DNA from: a virus
Reading direction: 5' to 3' (one strand)
Virus record (IMG/VR): IMGVR_UViG_3300028394_000042
Length of the DNA: 64,000 nt
Part shown: piece after piece, positions 29,680-39,305 of the stretch
Position numbering within the stretch: the stretch's first letter is position 1
How the letters are laid out: each line of letters begins with the position of its first letter
Notes under the pieces: generated by a model
Seen by the model: only the letters and a program-made list of their open reading frames with translations
What the model was told of the DNA's origin: nothing
The model's database searches: none
Translations under genes and position numbers: made by a program

Positions 29680-30750
29680 CTATGGGGTGAGCGCACTGAT
29701 GCGCCGGGGCCGCGTCAGGTTATTGATATCAAAAGCTTGGCCTGTGTTACGCTGCGCGCGCACAAGAGTTGCTCGTATATCTTCTTTTGACCTGTTGTAA
29801 GTTAGAAACACGTTGTAGTCAGTAATGCGCTCGTCTATAAGCATAATCCGGGCGTGCACATCAAGACGCAGATAGGGATTATCAGTTCTCTGCTCTGTAA
29901 AATACGTGCTCAGATCAATTTCACTACGCATGATATTTCCGCTGGCCATGTCATAGCGCCCAGTCAGCGAACTGAGATAGATACGCGTGTCACTCAAAAT
30001 ACGCGTTGCATTGTCTTCGGGGTAGTTGGGCCCCGTGGAAGGATACGGCAGTTGATTTTTTACAGTTGACTCGTTGATTACAGCATTGCCGCCAACCAGT
30101 ACGTGGCCAATAATATCAGCGCGGTCAAGTCTGGCTTTGTCAAATACCATGGCTGCGCCGCGTACAGTACCGCCAAAGATTACGGGCGTGCCAAAAATTA
30201 TGCAGTGGCCTGAGAACCTAGCCATAATGCGAGTGTGGGGCGAAGGGTCATGCGCACGCCGAATGATAGGATTGTCACGAATTACGCAATTGCCTTCAAT
30301 GTCAGCGTCGACAATGTCGCCGCCAAAAACGCGCGCGTGGTTTGCCACGACGGAATTCTTGATAATTGTGTTCCCGCCAACACAACTGCGGTCGCGCATA
30401 ACGCAAGCGCGCACTTTTGCTGAACCGCACACTCGCGCATTACCACTCATATGGGTGCCGTTTAACACAGTAGCGTTGTGATAGACAGTGGCAGGATATC
30501 CTATAAGACACTCTTCGCTTACTTTTGCTGTGTCTGCAACCCAGCCGCCGCCGTTTGCGTGCTTGTGCGCCGGCACCCGACCTTCGCCGTCGCCAAAGTC
30601 ATATCGCGAAATGGGTTTTTTGCGGATTTTTGGTGGCGGTGCTGGCAGCGCGGGTGCTGGCCCAGCTGGCGTGTCACCAACTGGGCCAGCGGCAAACGCC
30701 ACAAGCTCTTTGATTTCTGGGATTGGCTCAAACATGTTGCTGTCTGTCAT
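29680..30750 (-). CDS. left-handed beta-helix (hexapeptide-repeat) protein
   Basis: HANGGGWVADTAKV and repeated A.V.G.A.V / .I.G.A hexads. Confidence 0.7.
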   Translation of the reverse strand: MTDSNMFEPIPEIKELVAFAAGPVGDTPAGPAPALPAPPPKIRKKPISRYDFGDGEGRVPAHKHANGGGWVADTAKVSEECLIGYPATVYHNATVLNGTHMSGNARVCGSAKVRACVMRDRSCVGGNTIIKNSVVANHARVFGGDIVDADIEGNCVIRDNPIIRRAHDPSPHTRIMARFSGHCIIFGTPVIFGGTVRGAAMVFDKARLDRADIIGHVLVGGNAVINESTVKNQLPYPSTGPNYPEDNATRILSDTRIYLSSLTGRYDMASGNIMRSEIDLSTYFTEQRTDNPYLRLDVHARIMLIDERITDYNVFLTYNRSKEDIRATLVRAQRNTGQAFDINNLTRPRRISALTP

Positions 30751-31712
30751 TCGTGCTCCATCGGTGTGATGCGCCTACGGGGCCTTTCGGTGATTAAGTT
30801 ATCTAAAGCCGTTTGGACGTCGGCCATTTGCGCCGAGATAGTCTGGCGCACGCTGTTGTTTTCACGAAGCTCTTTGATGTCCACGCCGGCAACGATGTCG
30901 TTTGCCTGCTTGATAAGCCCTTCAAGCTGCGCGTTGGAGCGCACGTTCATGTGCTTGAAGTTCTGGTAGAACTCCTTGAAGTTTTCCACGGCAGACGCGC
31001 GGAAGATTTTCTTCTGCTCGCCGGGCGCTTCTGTCAGGCGCTCTTGCAGGTGCGAAACCAGCTCAGCCAGCTTGGCCGCAAAAGCGTCTTCAGCCAGCGC
31101 TACAGCCTGCTCAAAGCGCTGTCGGACGCGGCCCTGTTCCTGCCGATACAGTTCTGGGTTGAACTGCATCAGGTACCGCGGCGGTTCGACGGGCGGATAC
31201 TCCCACGAGATGCCGAAGACGCCCTCCAGCGTAGCCGGGTAGTCAACGGGATTGAACAGCGAACCAAGTTTCTCGCGCGCTGCGTTCTTGATAGTCTCGT
31301 ACTCCAGCTGCAGGTTGGCAGCTGCGGCGTCGAGCTGGACTTTGAACTCCCGCATCTTGTCTTCAAACTTGGCCACGTCGCTCTGCTTGATCAACCGCAC
31401 ACCTTCTTGCGGGTACGGCAGCGTCATACTGCGCCAGTACGCTGACGCCTGACTTTTGATTGCCGTCGCCGCACGATAGGCGGGATGCTTTGTGTCAATC
31501 AGGCGCTTGGACGCCGTGACCAGCTCTGTCGCTGCGTCGAACGTGTCTGCGGCCTGCTTGGTCTGCGCGTCAGACAGTTTGCGCTGCGTACCGAGCCACG
31601 AAAACGAGAGCTTTACAGCGCCCGTGCTTTGGCGCATTTCAGCTGCGCTTTCAATCACGCTATCTGGCAAGTTAGCGGTCTCACTGGAGTCTTGGGTTTC
31701 AGTTGCGGACAT
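30747..31712 (-). CDS. DUF3150-like helical protein
   Basis: ASKRLIDTKHP, LPYPQEGVRLI, LGSLFNPVDYP; located in the AAA cluster. Confidence 0.6.
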   Translation of the reverse strand: MSATETQDSSETANLPDSVIESAAEMRQSTGAVKLSFSWLGTQRKLSDAQTKQAADTFDAATELVTASKRLIDTKHPAYRAATAIKSQASAYWRSMTLPYPQEGVRLIKQSDVAKFEDKMREFKVQLDAAAANLQLEYETIKNAAREKLGSLFNPVDYPATLEGVFGISWEYPPVEPPRYLMQFNPELYRQEQGRVRQRFEQAVALAEDAFAAKLAELVSHLQERLTEAPGEQKKIFRASAVENFKEFYQNFKHMNVRSNAQLEGLIKQANDIVAGVDIKELRENNSVRQTISAQMADVQTALDNLITERPRRRITPMEHE

Positions 31713-31786
31713 ATTTTCCCTGTCTAAAAGAGGTAAAACGAAAGCGCTATAGCGCAACTACACAGTTGCAACTCTAGCTACCGGCA

Positions 31787-33274
31787 CTAGTTCTGGCCGG
31801 GGTTGCTCACAACGCGCCGCCGCGTTGCGCCGTTGTTAGCCGGCTTTCCAACGCGCGTGTAGATACCGCGAGTATCTGCCGACAGACAGCGACCCTCAGC
31901 CCAGTGGCGAAGGTTCTCAATCTGGTCAGCAGACGTCACGGCAACGGGGACGACATTCTGGGCGGCGTCAAGCAGCGGGATGTCAAGCAGCGCAGCCAAG
32001 CGGCAGCACGACTTGATCTCGGCACCAGTCCAGTTAGCGTCGTCAGGACGGGGCTGTTTCTCGTCCAGACCGAAATGCTGGAGATAGATGCCCCAAATCT
32101 GCTGCCGCTGCTCAACACCCGGCAGGTCAACAAAGAACACGCCGTCGAAGCGCTCAGCGCGCGCAAACGGCGCTGGGAGCTGGCTGGCGTCATTGCAGGT
32201 GCCGATGAAGAACACGTCGCTGGTGTGGTCATTAAGCCACGTCAGCAGCGTGCCAAACAACCGGGCAGACACACCCGAGTCATTCTGACCAGAGCCGCCA
32301 ACGCCGGCAAGGCCCTTCTCGATCTCGTCGACAAACAGGATGCACGGGGCCATCGCATCGACCTGCTTGAGCGCACGCCGCATGTTGCCCTCAGACTCGC
32401 CCACAAACTTGCCCATCAGGCTGCCAAAGTCCAGCATGACGGTCGGGCGACCCACCTCGTTACCCAGCGCCTTGGCGAATTGCGACTTACCGCAGCCCGG
32501 AGGCGACAGGAGCAGAACGCCCTTGGGCCGGCGATCCGCACTGGTCTCGTTCTGCCGGCGCATCGACCGCAGACAGAACGACTTCACGTTTTCCAAGCCG
32601 CCGAGATTCTCAAAGCTGGCGTCACCGCGATAGAGCGTCATTGTGCCGCTCTTCTCCAGTGTCTGCGCCTTGATCGTCCAGACGGTGTCGGCCGTGAGCT
32701 TCTCGTTGCGCACGAACGACAGGGCAAACGCGTTCTCAGCCTCGGTGTTGGTTAAACCCCGGGCAGCGTCTACGACGACCTGCACGTCTTCTTTCGTCGG
32801 CGCAGCAAAGCCGCTATCCGGCGTGCACAGGCTGTTGCAGATCTTGGTCAGCTGCGCCGTGTCGGGCAGATCGTGATGCACGACCGTGAAGAGCTTCTCA
32901 ATCTCAGGCTGCAGCAGCAGAGTTGGCGAGACGACTACAACGTGCTGGCTTTCAGACTTGCCAGCTACAAGCTGGTTAGCCAGCGTCTGCAGCACTTTGA
33001 CGCTGCTGAAAAACCGGTTGTAGTTCTTCAGCACCAAAACCTTAGTTGGCTTTTCAGTCGGCACCTTGAAGAACTTGAATGCGTCTTCAGGCGCCGGTGC
33101 CTTTTCAAGACCAGAATACAGGCCCTTCTCGATGTCCCACGTATCAATAGCCCAGTTCTTTTCCTTGGCGATTGCGTACAAAGACGTAATCGCCTCGTCG
33201 CACTCCTGCGACTCGACCCAGATACCGGCAAAACCGGCGTGAACGAGTTCCTGAAATTCTTTTGCGAACGACAT
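31787..33274 (-). CDS. Ycf46-like AAA+ ATPase
   Basis: LGGLENVK, SPPGCGKS, VGESE, DEIEK, RAERFD, GAEI. Confidence 0.9.
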   Translation of the reverse strand: MSFAKEFQELVHAGFAGIWVESQECDEAITSLYAIAKEKNWAIDTWDIEKGLYSGLEKAPAPEDAFKFFKVPTEKPTKVLVLKNYNRFFSSVKVLQTLANQLVAGKSESQHVVVVSPTLLLQPEIEKLFTVVHHDLPDTAQLTKICNSLCTPDSGFAAPTKEDVQVVVDAARGLTNTEAENAFALSFVRNEKLTADTVWTIKAQTLEKSGTMTLYRGDASFENLGGLENVKSFCLRSMRRQNETSADRRPKGVLLLSPPGCGKSQFAKALGNEVGRPTVMLDFGSLMGKFVGESEGNMRRALKQVDAMAPCILFVDEIEKGLAGVGGSGQNDSGVSARLFGTLLTWLNDHTSDVFFIGTCNDASQLPAPFARAERFDGVFFVDLPGVEQRQQIWGIYLQHFGLDEKQPRPDDANWTGAEIKSCCRLAALLDIPLLDAAQNVVPVAVTSADQIENLRHWAEGRCLSADTRGIYTRVGKPANNGATRRRVVSNPGQN

Positions 33275-33282
33275 GTGTTGTC

Positions 33283-33480
33283 CTATTGGATTTGATACGT
33301 GTTGTTGGTGAGTTGGCGTAACCCGCGGCTACACGGCCAAGTAACTTTCCCAGAGGGCCAGCGCACCATAACGCGCTGGCCCCTGCATCCGTCAAGTTGG
33401 CATTTCTTCGTGCTGCCTGTGGCTACACCGCGAAGCTGCTCGTCATCACGTGCAACAACTACGGAGTCTTTGTAGCCCAT
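33283..33480 (-). CDS. small hypothetical protein
   Basis: CQLDGCRG..VRWP.G..TWPC motif. Confidence 0.55.
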   Translation of the reverse strand: MGYKDSVVVARDDEQLRGVATGSTKKCQLDGCRGQRVMVRWPSGKVTWPCSRGLRQLTNNTYQIQ

Positions 33481-33485
33481 GGGAG

Positions 33486-33674
33486 TTAGTTGCTTTCTTC
33501 GAGAGTCTGCTCGTTGGAGGCGTAATACTCAGGCGTAAACGACTCGCCGGCCTTGGCGCCGAGCGCAGCCTCAAGTGCTCGCGTGGCGTCTTGGCAAGAG
33601 CTGCCGGTGAATCCAGTGGTCTCGATTTTGGTCTCACCCTTGGGGGAAACGGTGACGTGAATCATCTTGCTCAT
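33486..33674 (-). CDS. DUF2997 family protein
   Basis: GETKIETTGFTGSSCQDATRALEAALG...TPEYY. Confidence 0.85.
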   Translation of the reverse strand: MSKMIHVTVSPKGETKIETTGFTGSSCQDATRALEAALGAKAGESFTPEYYASNEQTLEESN

Positions 33675-34042
33675 TAGTAGCTCTCCACAGTGATGTTAAG
33701 TTTGATCGAACCGTCTTCCAGAAGCTCCTCGCCCACGGTATACCCGTTGCTGCGCGCCTCGCTTGTGGCCTTCTCGATGGTGTATGCCTGCAGGAACTTA
33801 TCTAGCTCGACCTGCTTGCCCCAGCGGCCGTTGTAGTTGTCGAACGCTACCTCGCCAGTTTCGGTGTTGCAGACAACGGGGTACTGCCAGTTTGGGAGCA
33901 TTACGCCCACGCCAGTAGCTTTCTGGCCGCTGAACAAGTCAAACGTGCCAGTTGTTGGCTCTGGGAGGTTGAGCCGCGCGCAGGCTGCTGTAATAGCAGC
34001 TTCGTCGGTCACCTGTGTTTTGATCTGAACGATGTGCGACAT
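33674..34042 (-). CDS. DUF1257 (Ycf35-like) family protein
   Basis: MSHIVQIKTQV...DNYNGRWG...QAY...EDGSIKL. Confidence 0.85.
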   Translation of the reverse strand: MSHIVQIKTQVTDEAAITAACARLNLPEPTTGTFDLFSGQKATGVGVMLPNWQYPVVCNTETGEVAFDNYNGRWGKQVELDKFLQAYTIEKATSEARSNGYTVGEELLEDGSIKLNITVESY

Positions 34043-34044
34043 GG

Positions 34045-34350
34045 TTATGTGGCCCTTTTGTCTTTGAGGATTTCTTGTAGCGCATATTGAATAGCATGCG
34101 CAAAAATGTCAGCTGTTATTTCAGGAATACCTGCAAACCGCGCCAGAACTTTTTCAGCCGTGTCTCGGTCAAACTCGTCTAACAATGTTTTGTTGTGCCG
34201 GAAATAGTTGAGTCTGTACTCTGCAATTTCCAACATTGTGATTGGCATTGGAATACTGATGAACCGTTTGTGCTTTTCTTGCACGGCTGCCAAGTCAGCT
34301 AACGCGAGCGTAATGTGCTCAGTTATTTCAGCAAGTTCTTTCCCTATCAT
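34045..34350 (-). CDS. hypothetical protein
   Basis: Coupled ORF. Confidence 0.5.
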   Translation of the reverse strand: MIGKELAEITEHITLALADLAAVQEKHKRFISIPMPITMLEIAEYRLNYFRHNKTLLDEFDRDTAEKVLARFAGIPEITADIFAHAIQYALQEILKDKRAT

Positions 34351-34637
34351 TGGCGACCTGCAATCTCTGCAGTGGTCTCGACCCAGACAGTGGCACCGCA
34401 GTTTAGCGGCTTGTTGGGCGAGTAGACTACGCGTGACGGGCCAAAAATCTCTACGGACTCGAAGCGGTAGGGCTTGCCTCGCCACTGCACTGTGACGACG
34501 GGTTCGCTAGCGTTGGTTTTTTTGTTGCTTCGGATAATGTGAGTGTTTACGTGGACACGTTTGAGCGTGCCGGCTGGCATGGTCATAGGGCATAACGCCC
34601 CGGTAGCCACGCTGCATTTTGCTGCAGCGGCAGGCAT
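34347..34637 (-). CDS. conserved phage hypothetical protein
   Basis: AAAGGAG RBS; KRVHVNTHIIRSN...PLNCGATVWVET. Confidence 0.65.
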   Translation of the reverse strand: MPAAAAKCSVATGALCPMTMPAGTLKRVHVNTHIIRSNKKTNASEPVVTVQWRGKPYRFESVEIFGPSRVVYSPNKPLNCGATVWVETTAEIAGRQ

Positions 34638-34771
34638 ATGGGCTCCTTTCGCGCGCAACAGCGCGCAGACGCGGGCAGAACGCCCGACAGGATAAAGATA
34701 TCTAATCCGCGTGGCGCCAGCTGCTGTGAGTCGCAGACTGGCGCCGCCGCAGATTGATGTAGCGCTGCTGA

Positions 34772-35605
34772 CTAAAGCGTGGCGTTTTTGATCGTGTCCA
34801 TCGTCATGGTCATACGGCGGTAAGTCGCCAACGTGCAAAGCGCGGCGTCAAAATTGCCTTCGCACGTCTTCACAAATTGCGCTGCGGCGATCAGCATCTC
34901 GGTTGTCATGAGCGGATCTTCCGCCATATCCATGACAGGCTGCGCCGCAACTGCTGTCGGGGCTGTTGCAACGCGAGGCTTCGCAGATGCAAGCACCGCG
35001 TTGTTTGGCACCCGTGTCCGACCCGGCTTGTCTTTCAGCTTGAACTGATTGGCAATCCGGCTGCGGTCTTCGCTGCTGATTGTCATAGCCATACCGCGCG
35101 GCTTACCGCCCATGCCAGCCTTCTTCAGCAGCTGACTGACCTGTGCTGGACTGACCACAATCTTCTTCTTAGCCAACGCAGCCACGATATCGACGCCACG
35201 CAGTGACTCGCCGCTAGCCGTGCGCTGAGCGATCATGTCACGAATGTGGTCGGCGCCGCTTTTCTTTTCAGCCATATGTTCACGTTCCTTCTCGTTAGTG
35301 GGCATTTCAACTGTTTCTGCAGCAGCGCTAGTCTGGGCAACAATAGTTTCCTCTGGCGCTACTACGTCTTCTTCTTCTTCTTCGGTCTCATCCTCTTCGT
35401 CGCCTTCTTCGTCGTCGAAGTCTTCGTCGTCTTCATCGTCGATGGCTTCGTCTTCTTCTGGCTCGTCGTCATCCGGCAGCGCGTCTGTCACGGCAGGCGT
35501 TTCTTCCTGTGCAACAACGGGCTCTTTCTTGCCGCTGTAACCCGGCAGTGGCTTGCCCCACAGATTTGCGGGGCTGATAAACTGCTCGGGAGCTTTCTTG
35601 GCCAT
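34772..35605 (-). CDS. hypothetical protein with acidic tract and winged-helix-like segment
   Basis: D/E run followed by GADHIR...DIVAALAKKKIVVSPAQVSQLL. Confidence 0.6.
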   Translation of the reverse strand: MAKKAPEQFISPANLWGKPLPGYSGKKEPVVAQEETPAVTDALPDDDEPEEDEAIDDEDDEDFDDEEGDEEDETEEEEEDVVAPEETIVAQTSAAAETVEMPTNEKEREHMAEKKSGADHIRDMIAQRTASGESLRGVDIVAALAKKKIVVSPAQVSQLLKKAGMGGKPRGMAMTISSEDRSRIANQFKLKDKPGRTRVPNNAVLASAKPRVATAPTAVAAQPVMDMAEDPLMTTEMLIAAAQFVKTCEGNFDAALCTLATYRRMTMTMDTIKNATL

Positions 35606-35715
35606 TTGATCCCTCTGTTCTTTTTTACGGCTCCAGACCTCGTTAGGTTGGACGCCTATTTCAAAATACGCTGTGCAAAACAAAAAGCAACTGCCTGTGC
35701 AATTTTTGCCAGAAG

Positions 35716-36027
35716 CTACAGAGTAGCGGGCGGCAGGGGCTTAAAATCTAGGTAAAAACCGCCGGCAACGTCGATAAAAATTGCCGTGCCCGGCGCGCCA
35801 GTTTGCTTCTTTGTGGCAAACGCGTACGGCCGAGTGTGGTGCAAGATATCAAAATCGCGTTTGAATTCTTCTGCGTCCCACACCTTTAAGCCGCTGGTCT
35901 CAAGAGCAGCGCGGACATCGCCTTTTTCCAGTTTTGCAAGATTAGATTCAAACGTGTTGACGAGCACCATGGCTGCGTCATTTGGCAGCGGCACTGTCGT
36001 TGTCGGGGGCAGCGGGGTTGTTGTCAT
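35716..36027 (-). CDS. hypothetical protein
   Basis: ORF; KVWDAEEFKRDF motif. Confidence 0.5.
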   Translation of the reverse strand: MTTTPLPPTTTVPLPNDAAMVLVNTFESNLAKLEKGDVRAALETSGLKVWDAEEFKRDFDILHHTRPYAFATKKQTGAPGTAIFIDVAGGFYLDFKPLPPATL

Positions 36028-36397
36028 CGGTTTGTTGTGCGCCAAGGTTGTTTAACTTTGTTTCCTGTTCGTTAATAGCTGTGCGCAAGTCTGCCGCATA
36101 CTTGTCGAAGATATGCAGCTGCCCAAGCAGATCCTTGTGCACATTGATACTGAATTTTGCCAGCTCACTCTGAAGCATCAGCATGCTTGCAACATAGGGC
36201 GGCTCTGGATCGCGCAGGTGGAGCAAGCCAGCCGGCAAGTTCTCTGGCTTTTTCTCCCAGAGTGCCACAAGCGCGATTCCATGCAAATTAGGAAACTGCG
36301 CAGCTAGTAGTTCACACATGTTCTGGCTGGCCTGTAGAAAACTGGCAGCTGTATCTGTTGGCTCTGCTGCCGGCTGGTCAGCATTTGGTTCGGTCAT
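35978..36397 (-). CDS. hypothetical protein
   Basis: ORF with AGGA RBS. Confidence 0.55.
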   Translation of the reverse strand: MTEPNADQPAAEPTDTAASFLQASQNMCELLAAQFPNLHGIALVALWEKKPENLPAGLLHLRDPEPPYVASMLMLQSELAKFSINVHKDLLGQLHIFDKYAADLRTAINEQETKLNNLGAQQTDDNNPAAPDNDSAAAK

Positions 36398-36410
36398 TTA
36401 ACTTGTCCTG

Positions 36411-36755
36411 TTAGGGTACGTACTTTGATTGCTGCGGTAAAAAGCCTTCGATGATATTGCCCAGCCGCGTAGCAGCTAGGCCATAAATTGCTACCACAAA
36501 AAGGCCACCAGTTGCGCCGCCGACCCACTTAGCTGCCAAAAGCAGCAGCAACAAGTAGAAGGGCACGTGATAAGATTTGCAGAACGGGCAATTCACCCAC
36601 TCAAGGAAGAGCCCTTTCAGGCTATCGTGCGGGGTGATGTCTTGCAACGCCTGCGCTTCTGCCCGGCGTGTAGCGAAGATTGAGCCCTTGTGCCACAGCT
36701 CAATAATGGCGCCGGAAGCGAGCGCAACTGCCAGAAACTCAATTGGCGTAAACAT
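36411..36755 (-). CDS. DUF1360-like membrane protein
   Basis: Hydrophobic helices flanking CPFCKSYH. Confidence 0.55.
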   Translation of the reverse strand: MFTPIEFLAVALASGAIIELWHKGSIFATRRAEAQALQDITPHDSLKGLFLEWVNCPFCKSYHVPFYLLLLLLAAKWVGGATGGLFVVAIYGLAATRLGNIIEGFLPQQSKYVP

Positions 36756-36763
36756 GGGTTTGG

Positions 36764-37390
36764 TTATCGCTTTCTACGTTCCGCTGTGAACCCGCGCATA
36801 AAGCACGCGCCAGTGTAAATAGCGGCACCTGCGCCGAGTAGCCCTGCAATACCAAGCTGGGGCACTGTGATGATGCCGGCAACGAGCATGAGCGCTGCGT
36901 AGCCGGCGAACGTTTTGTTGGGATCGGATTTTGGCATCGTGTCATTGATTTCCATTTGGCCACACAGTCGTAAGGGCTGAGTCTGGGCCGTTAGGGTTGA
37001 AAGCAAATGCGGGATTTGGCAACGGCGCCTCTAGTTTGATGTTATGCACCGCGTTATCGGGCAGGTATACTTGCGGGCCGGGGCCGCGCCGAGTACCTTC
37101 GACGTACGCGCGTTTGCGCTCTTGATAGAGTCGGGCTGATTGGCCGATGATTGGCATAGAACCTCCTACAAAATAATGGCGGACCACCGTTTAGTATATC
37201 CGCCGGCTAGCTGTTATTTCTTGAGTTTTTCTTGGGCTGCAGAAGCAGCGGCTTGGCATGTCTGCGCAAGGGCGGACGCCAAACCAACTACACCGCACAG
37301 GAACACGTAGCCTGTGAATTTAAGGCTGTCTTCCACCCACTGAAACTCCCAATCTTCGCTGGGCTGAATATTCGGACTGTTATTGCTCAT
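36764..37390 (-). other. three small CDSs (36764-36955 membrane, 36942-37157, 37214-37390 58-aa membrane)
   Basis: The last is below the track cutoff; manual translation MSNNSPNIQP...QEKLKK*. Confidence 0.5.
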
Positions 37391-39305
37391 GATAAACGCT
37401 CGCTGTGACGATAAAGCTCACGCTGTGCCGCCAGACGGCATAGCTGAGTTAATCAGTAACTTGATGACAATCGACGCTACTGACCCGGCGTCTGTTCACG
37501 CCAAGGCCGGTATATTGAAAGAGCTGGCGGCTCGCTACGCGTTTCCGTCGCTGGAGCCAATCCTGCCTCTTGTGTTGAATTTGAATGGCTCGCCGTACAC
37601 CCTTCGCGACCACTTTGCTTTTTCGCCTTTGTTTCGCGTGCTTACGCCAAAGAGCCAAGTGTGGTGTACTGGGCGGCAGGTGTCTAAGTCTACGTCGCTT
37701 GCCGCGCACGGAGTTGTATTTGCGAACTCCGTGCCGTTTTCTAAGACGCTATACGTCACGCCACGGTTCGAGCAGGTGCGCCGGTTCAGCAACAATTACG
37801 TGCGCCCGTTTATAGATCAGTCGCCGGTAAAAGCGCAGTGGAGCGACACGACCACAGAGAACTCGGTGTTGCAGCGCTCGTTTCGCAACAACTCGATGAT
37901 GCTGTTCAGCTTTGCGCTGTTAGACGCTGATAGAACCCGCGGAGTGAGCGCCGACCGCGTTAATTTTGACGAGGTGCAGGATATGGATCCTGACCACGTG
38001 CCAATTATTCAAGAGACCATGTCTTACTCCAAGTGGGGTATCACATACTATACGGGTACTCCAAAAACGCTCGACAACCTGTTGTATGGGTTGTATCAAC
38101 GGTCGTCACAAGCTGAGTGGTTTGTTCCGTGCCATTCGTGCGGCAAGTGGAACATCCCGTCGCTTGAGCACGACCTTGACGCCATGATTGGCGACTACAG
38201 CATTCACATCAGCGAGAAGTATCCCGGGACTGTGTGCGCTAAGTGCCGGCAACCGATTAACCCGCGACACGGCAGGTGGGTACATAGATACCCAGACAGG
38301 CGTTGGCAGTTTGCTGGCTATCATGTGCCGCAGCTTATCTTGCCGCTGCATTTTGCCGACCCTGAAAAGTGGTCGACGCTGCTGCTCAAGCGCGAAGGCT
38401 ACGGCAATATGACACAAGCACAGTTCTATAACGAAGTCATGGGCGAAAGCGTAGACACAGGCCAGCGCCTTATCAGCGAAACTGATTTGCGCGCTGCTTG
38501 CCTTTTGGACTGGGAAAACAAAAAAGAACCTGACCCAAAGTGCATGAAGAACCTGAACGACTACAAGCACAGAATGCTGGCTATCGACTGGGGTGGTGGC
38601 GGAGAAGCCGGGGTCAGTTTTACCGTGTTGGCTGTGCTTGGGTTCCGCAATGACGGCACAATTGACGTCTTGTGGGCCAAACGACTGCTCATTGGCGGCG
38701 ACCACCTGCAGGAAGCAATTGAGTGCATGAAGTGGTGCAACTTGTTCAACTGCGACTTCGTAGCTCACGACTACACTGGCGCCGGCACAGTTCGCGAGAC
38801 TGTGATGGTGCAGGCTGGATTCAACCTCGACCGCGTAATGGCGATGCGGCTTGTCCGGTCGGCGGCTCAAGATTTACTTATCTATAAGCCGCCGACCGAG
38901 ATCAATCACCGCGCGCACTACAGCCTCGACAAGACCAGATCGCTGCTGTACACGTGCCAAGCCATCAAGCTGAAACAAGTCAGGTTTTTCCAGTACGACC
39001 GTATCTCGCAGGAATCCCCGGGGCTTGTCTCAGATTTTCTGGCCCTTGTCGAAAACAAAGCTGACGCTAGGTCAGGCAGCGACATATACACCATTACGCG
39101 CAACGTACTTCTGACAGACGACTTTGCGCAGGCTGTCAATATTGGCTGCGCGGCGTTGTGGCATATTAGCGACGCATGGCCAAACTTTGCCGCTATTGCT
39201 GGCGTAGCCCGGCTTACTGAGAAACAGGTAGAAACTGAAACCGTGAACTCTGCCGACGACTGGGCTGACGATTCAATTGGCAACAGTTACTTTGGCCGAT
39301 ACTAG
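37389..39305 (+). CDS. terL: terminase large subunit (GpA-like)
   Basis: GRQVSKST, RTRG...DEVQD, GTPK, CHSC/CAKC, FYNEVMG and RNase H-like AIDWGG. Confidence 0.88.
   Translation: MINARCDDKAHAVPPDGIAELISNLMTIDATDPASVHAKAGILKELAARYAFPSLEPILPLVLNLNGSPYTLRDHFAFSPLFRVLTPKSQVWCTGRQVSKSTSLAAHGVVFANSVPFSKTLYVTPRFEQVRRFSNNYVRPFIDQSPVKAQWSDTTTENSVLQRSFRNNSMMLFSFALLDADRTRGVSADRVNFDEVQDMDPDHVPIIQETMSYSKWGITYYTGTPKTLDNLLYGLYQRSSQAEWFVPCHSCGKWNIPSLEHDLDAMIGDYSIHISEKYPGTVCAKCRQPINPRHGRWVHRYPDRRWQFAGYHVPQLILPLHFADPEKWSTLLLKREGYGNMTQAQFYNEVMGESVDTGQRLISETDLRAACLLDWENKKEPDPKCMKNLNDYKHRMLAIDWGGGGEAGVSFTVLAVLGFRNDGTIDVLWAKRLLIGGDHLQEAIECMKWCNLFNCDFVAHDYTGAGTVRETVMVQAGFNLDRVMAMRLVRSAAQDLLIYKPPTEINHRAHYSLDKTRSLLYTCQAIKLKQVRFFQYDRISQESPGLVSDFLALVENKADARSGSDIYTITRNVLLTDDFAQAVNIGCAALWHISDAWPNFAAIAGVARLTEKQVETETVNSADDWADDSIGNSYFGRY

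Noticed and set aside
30813-32755. Long plus-strand ORFs 30813-31445 and 31904-32755
   Set aside because: Antisense to well-supported DUF3150-like and AAA ATPase genes.
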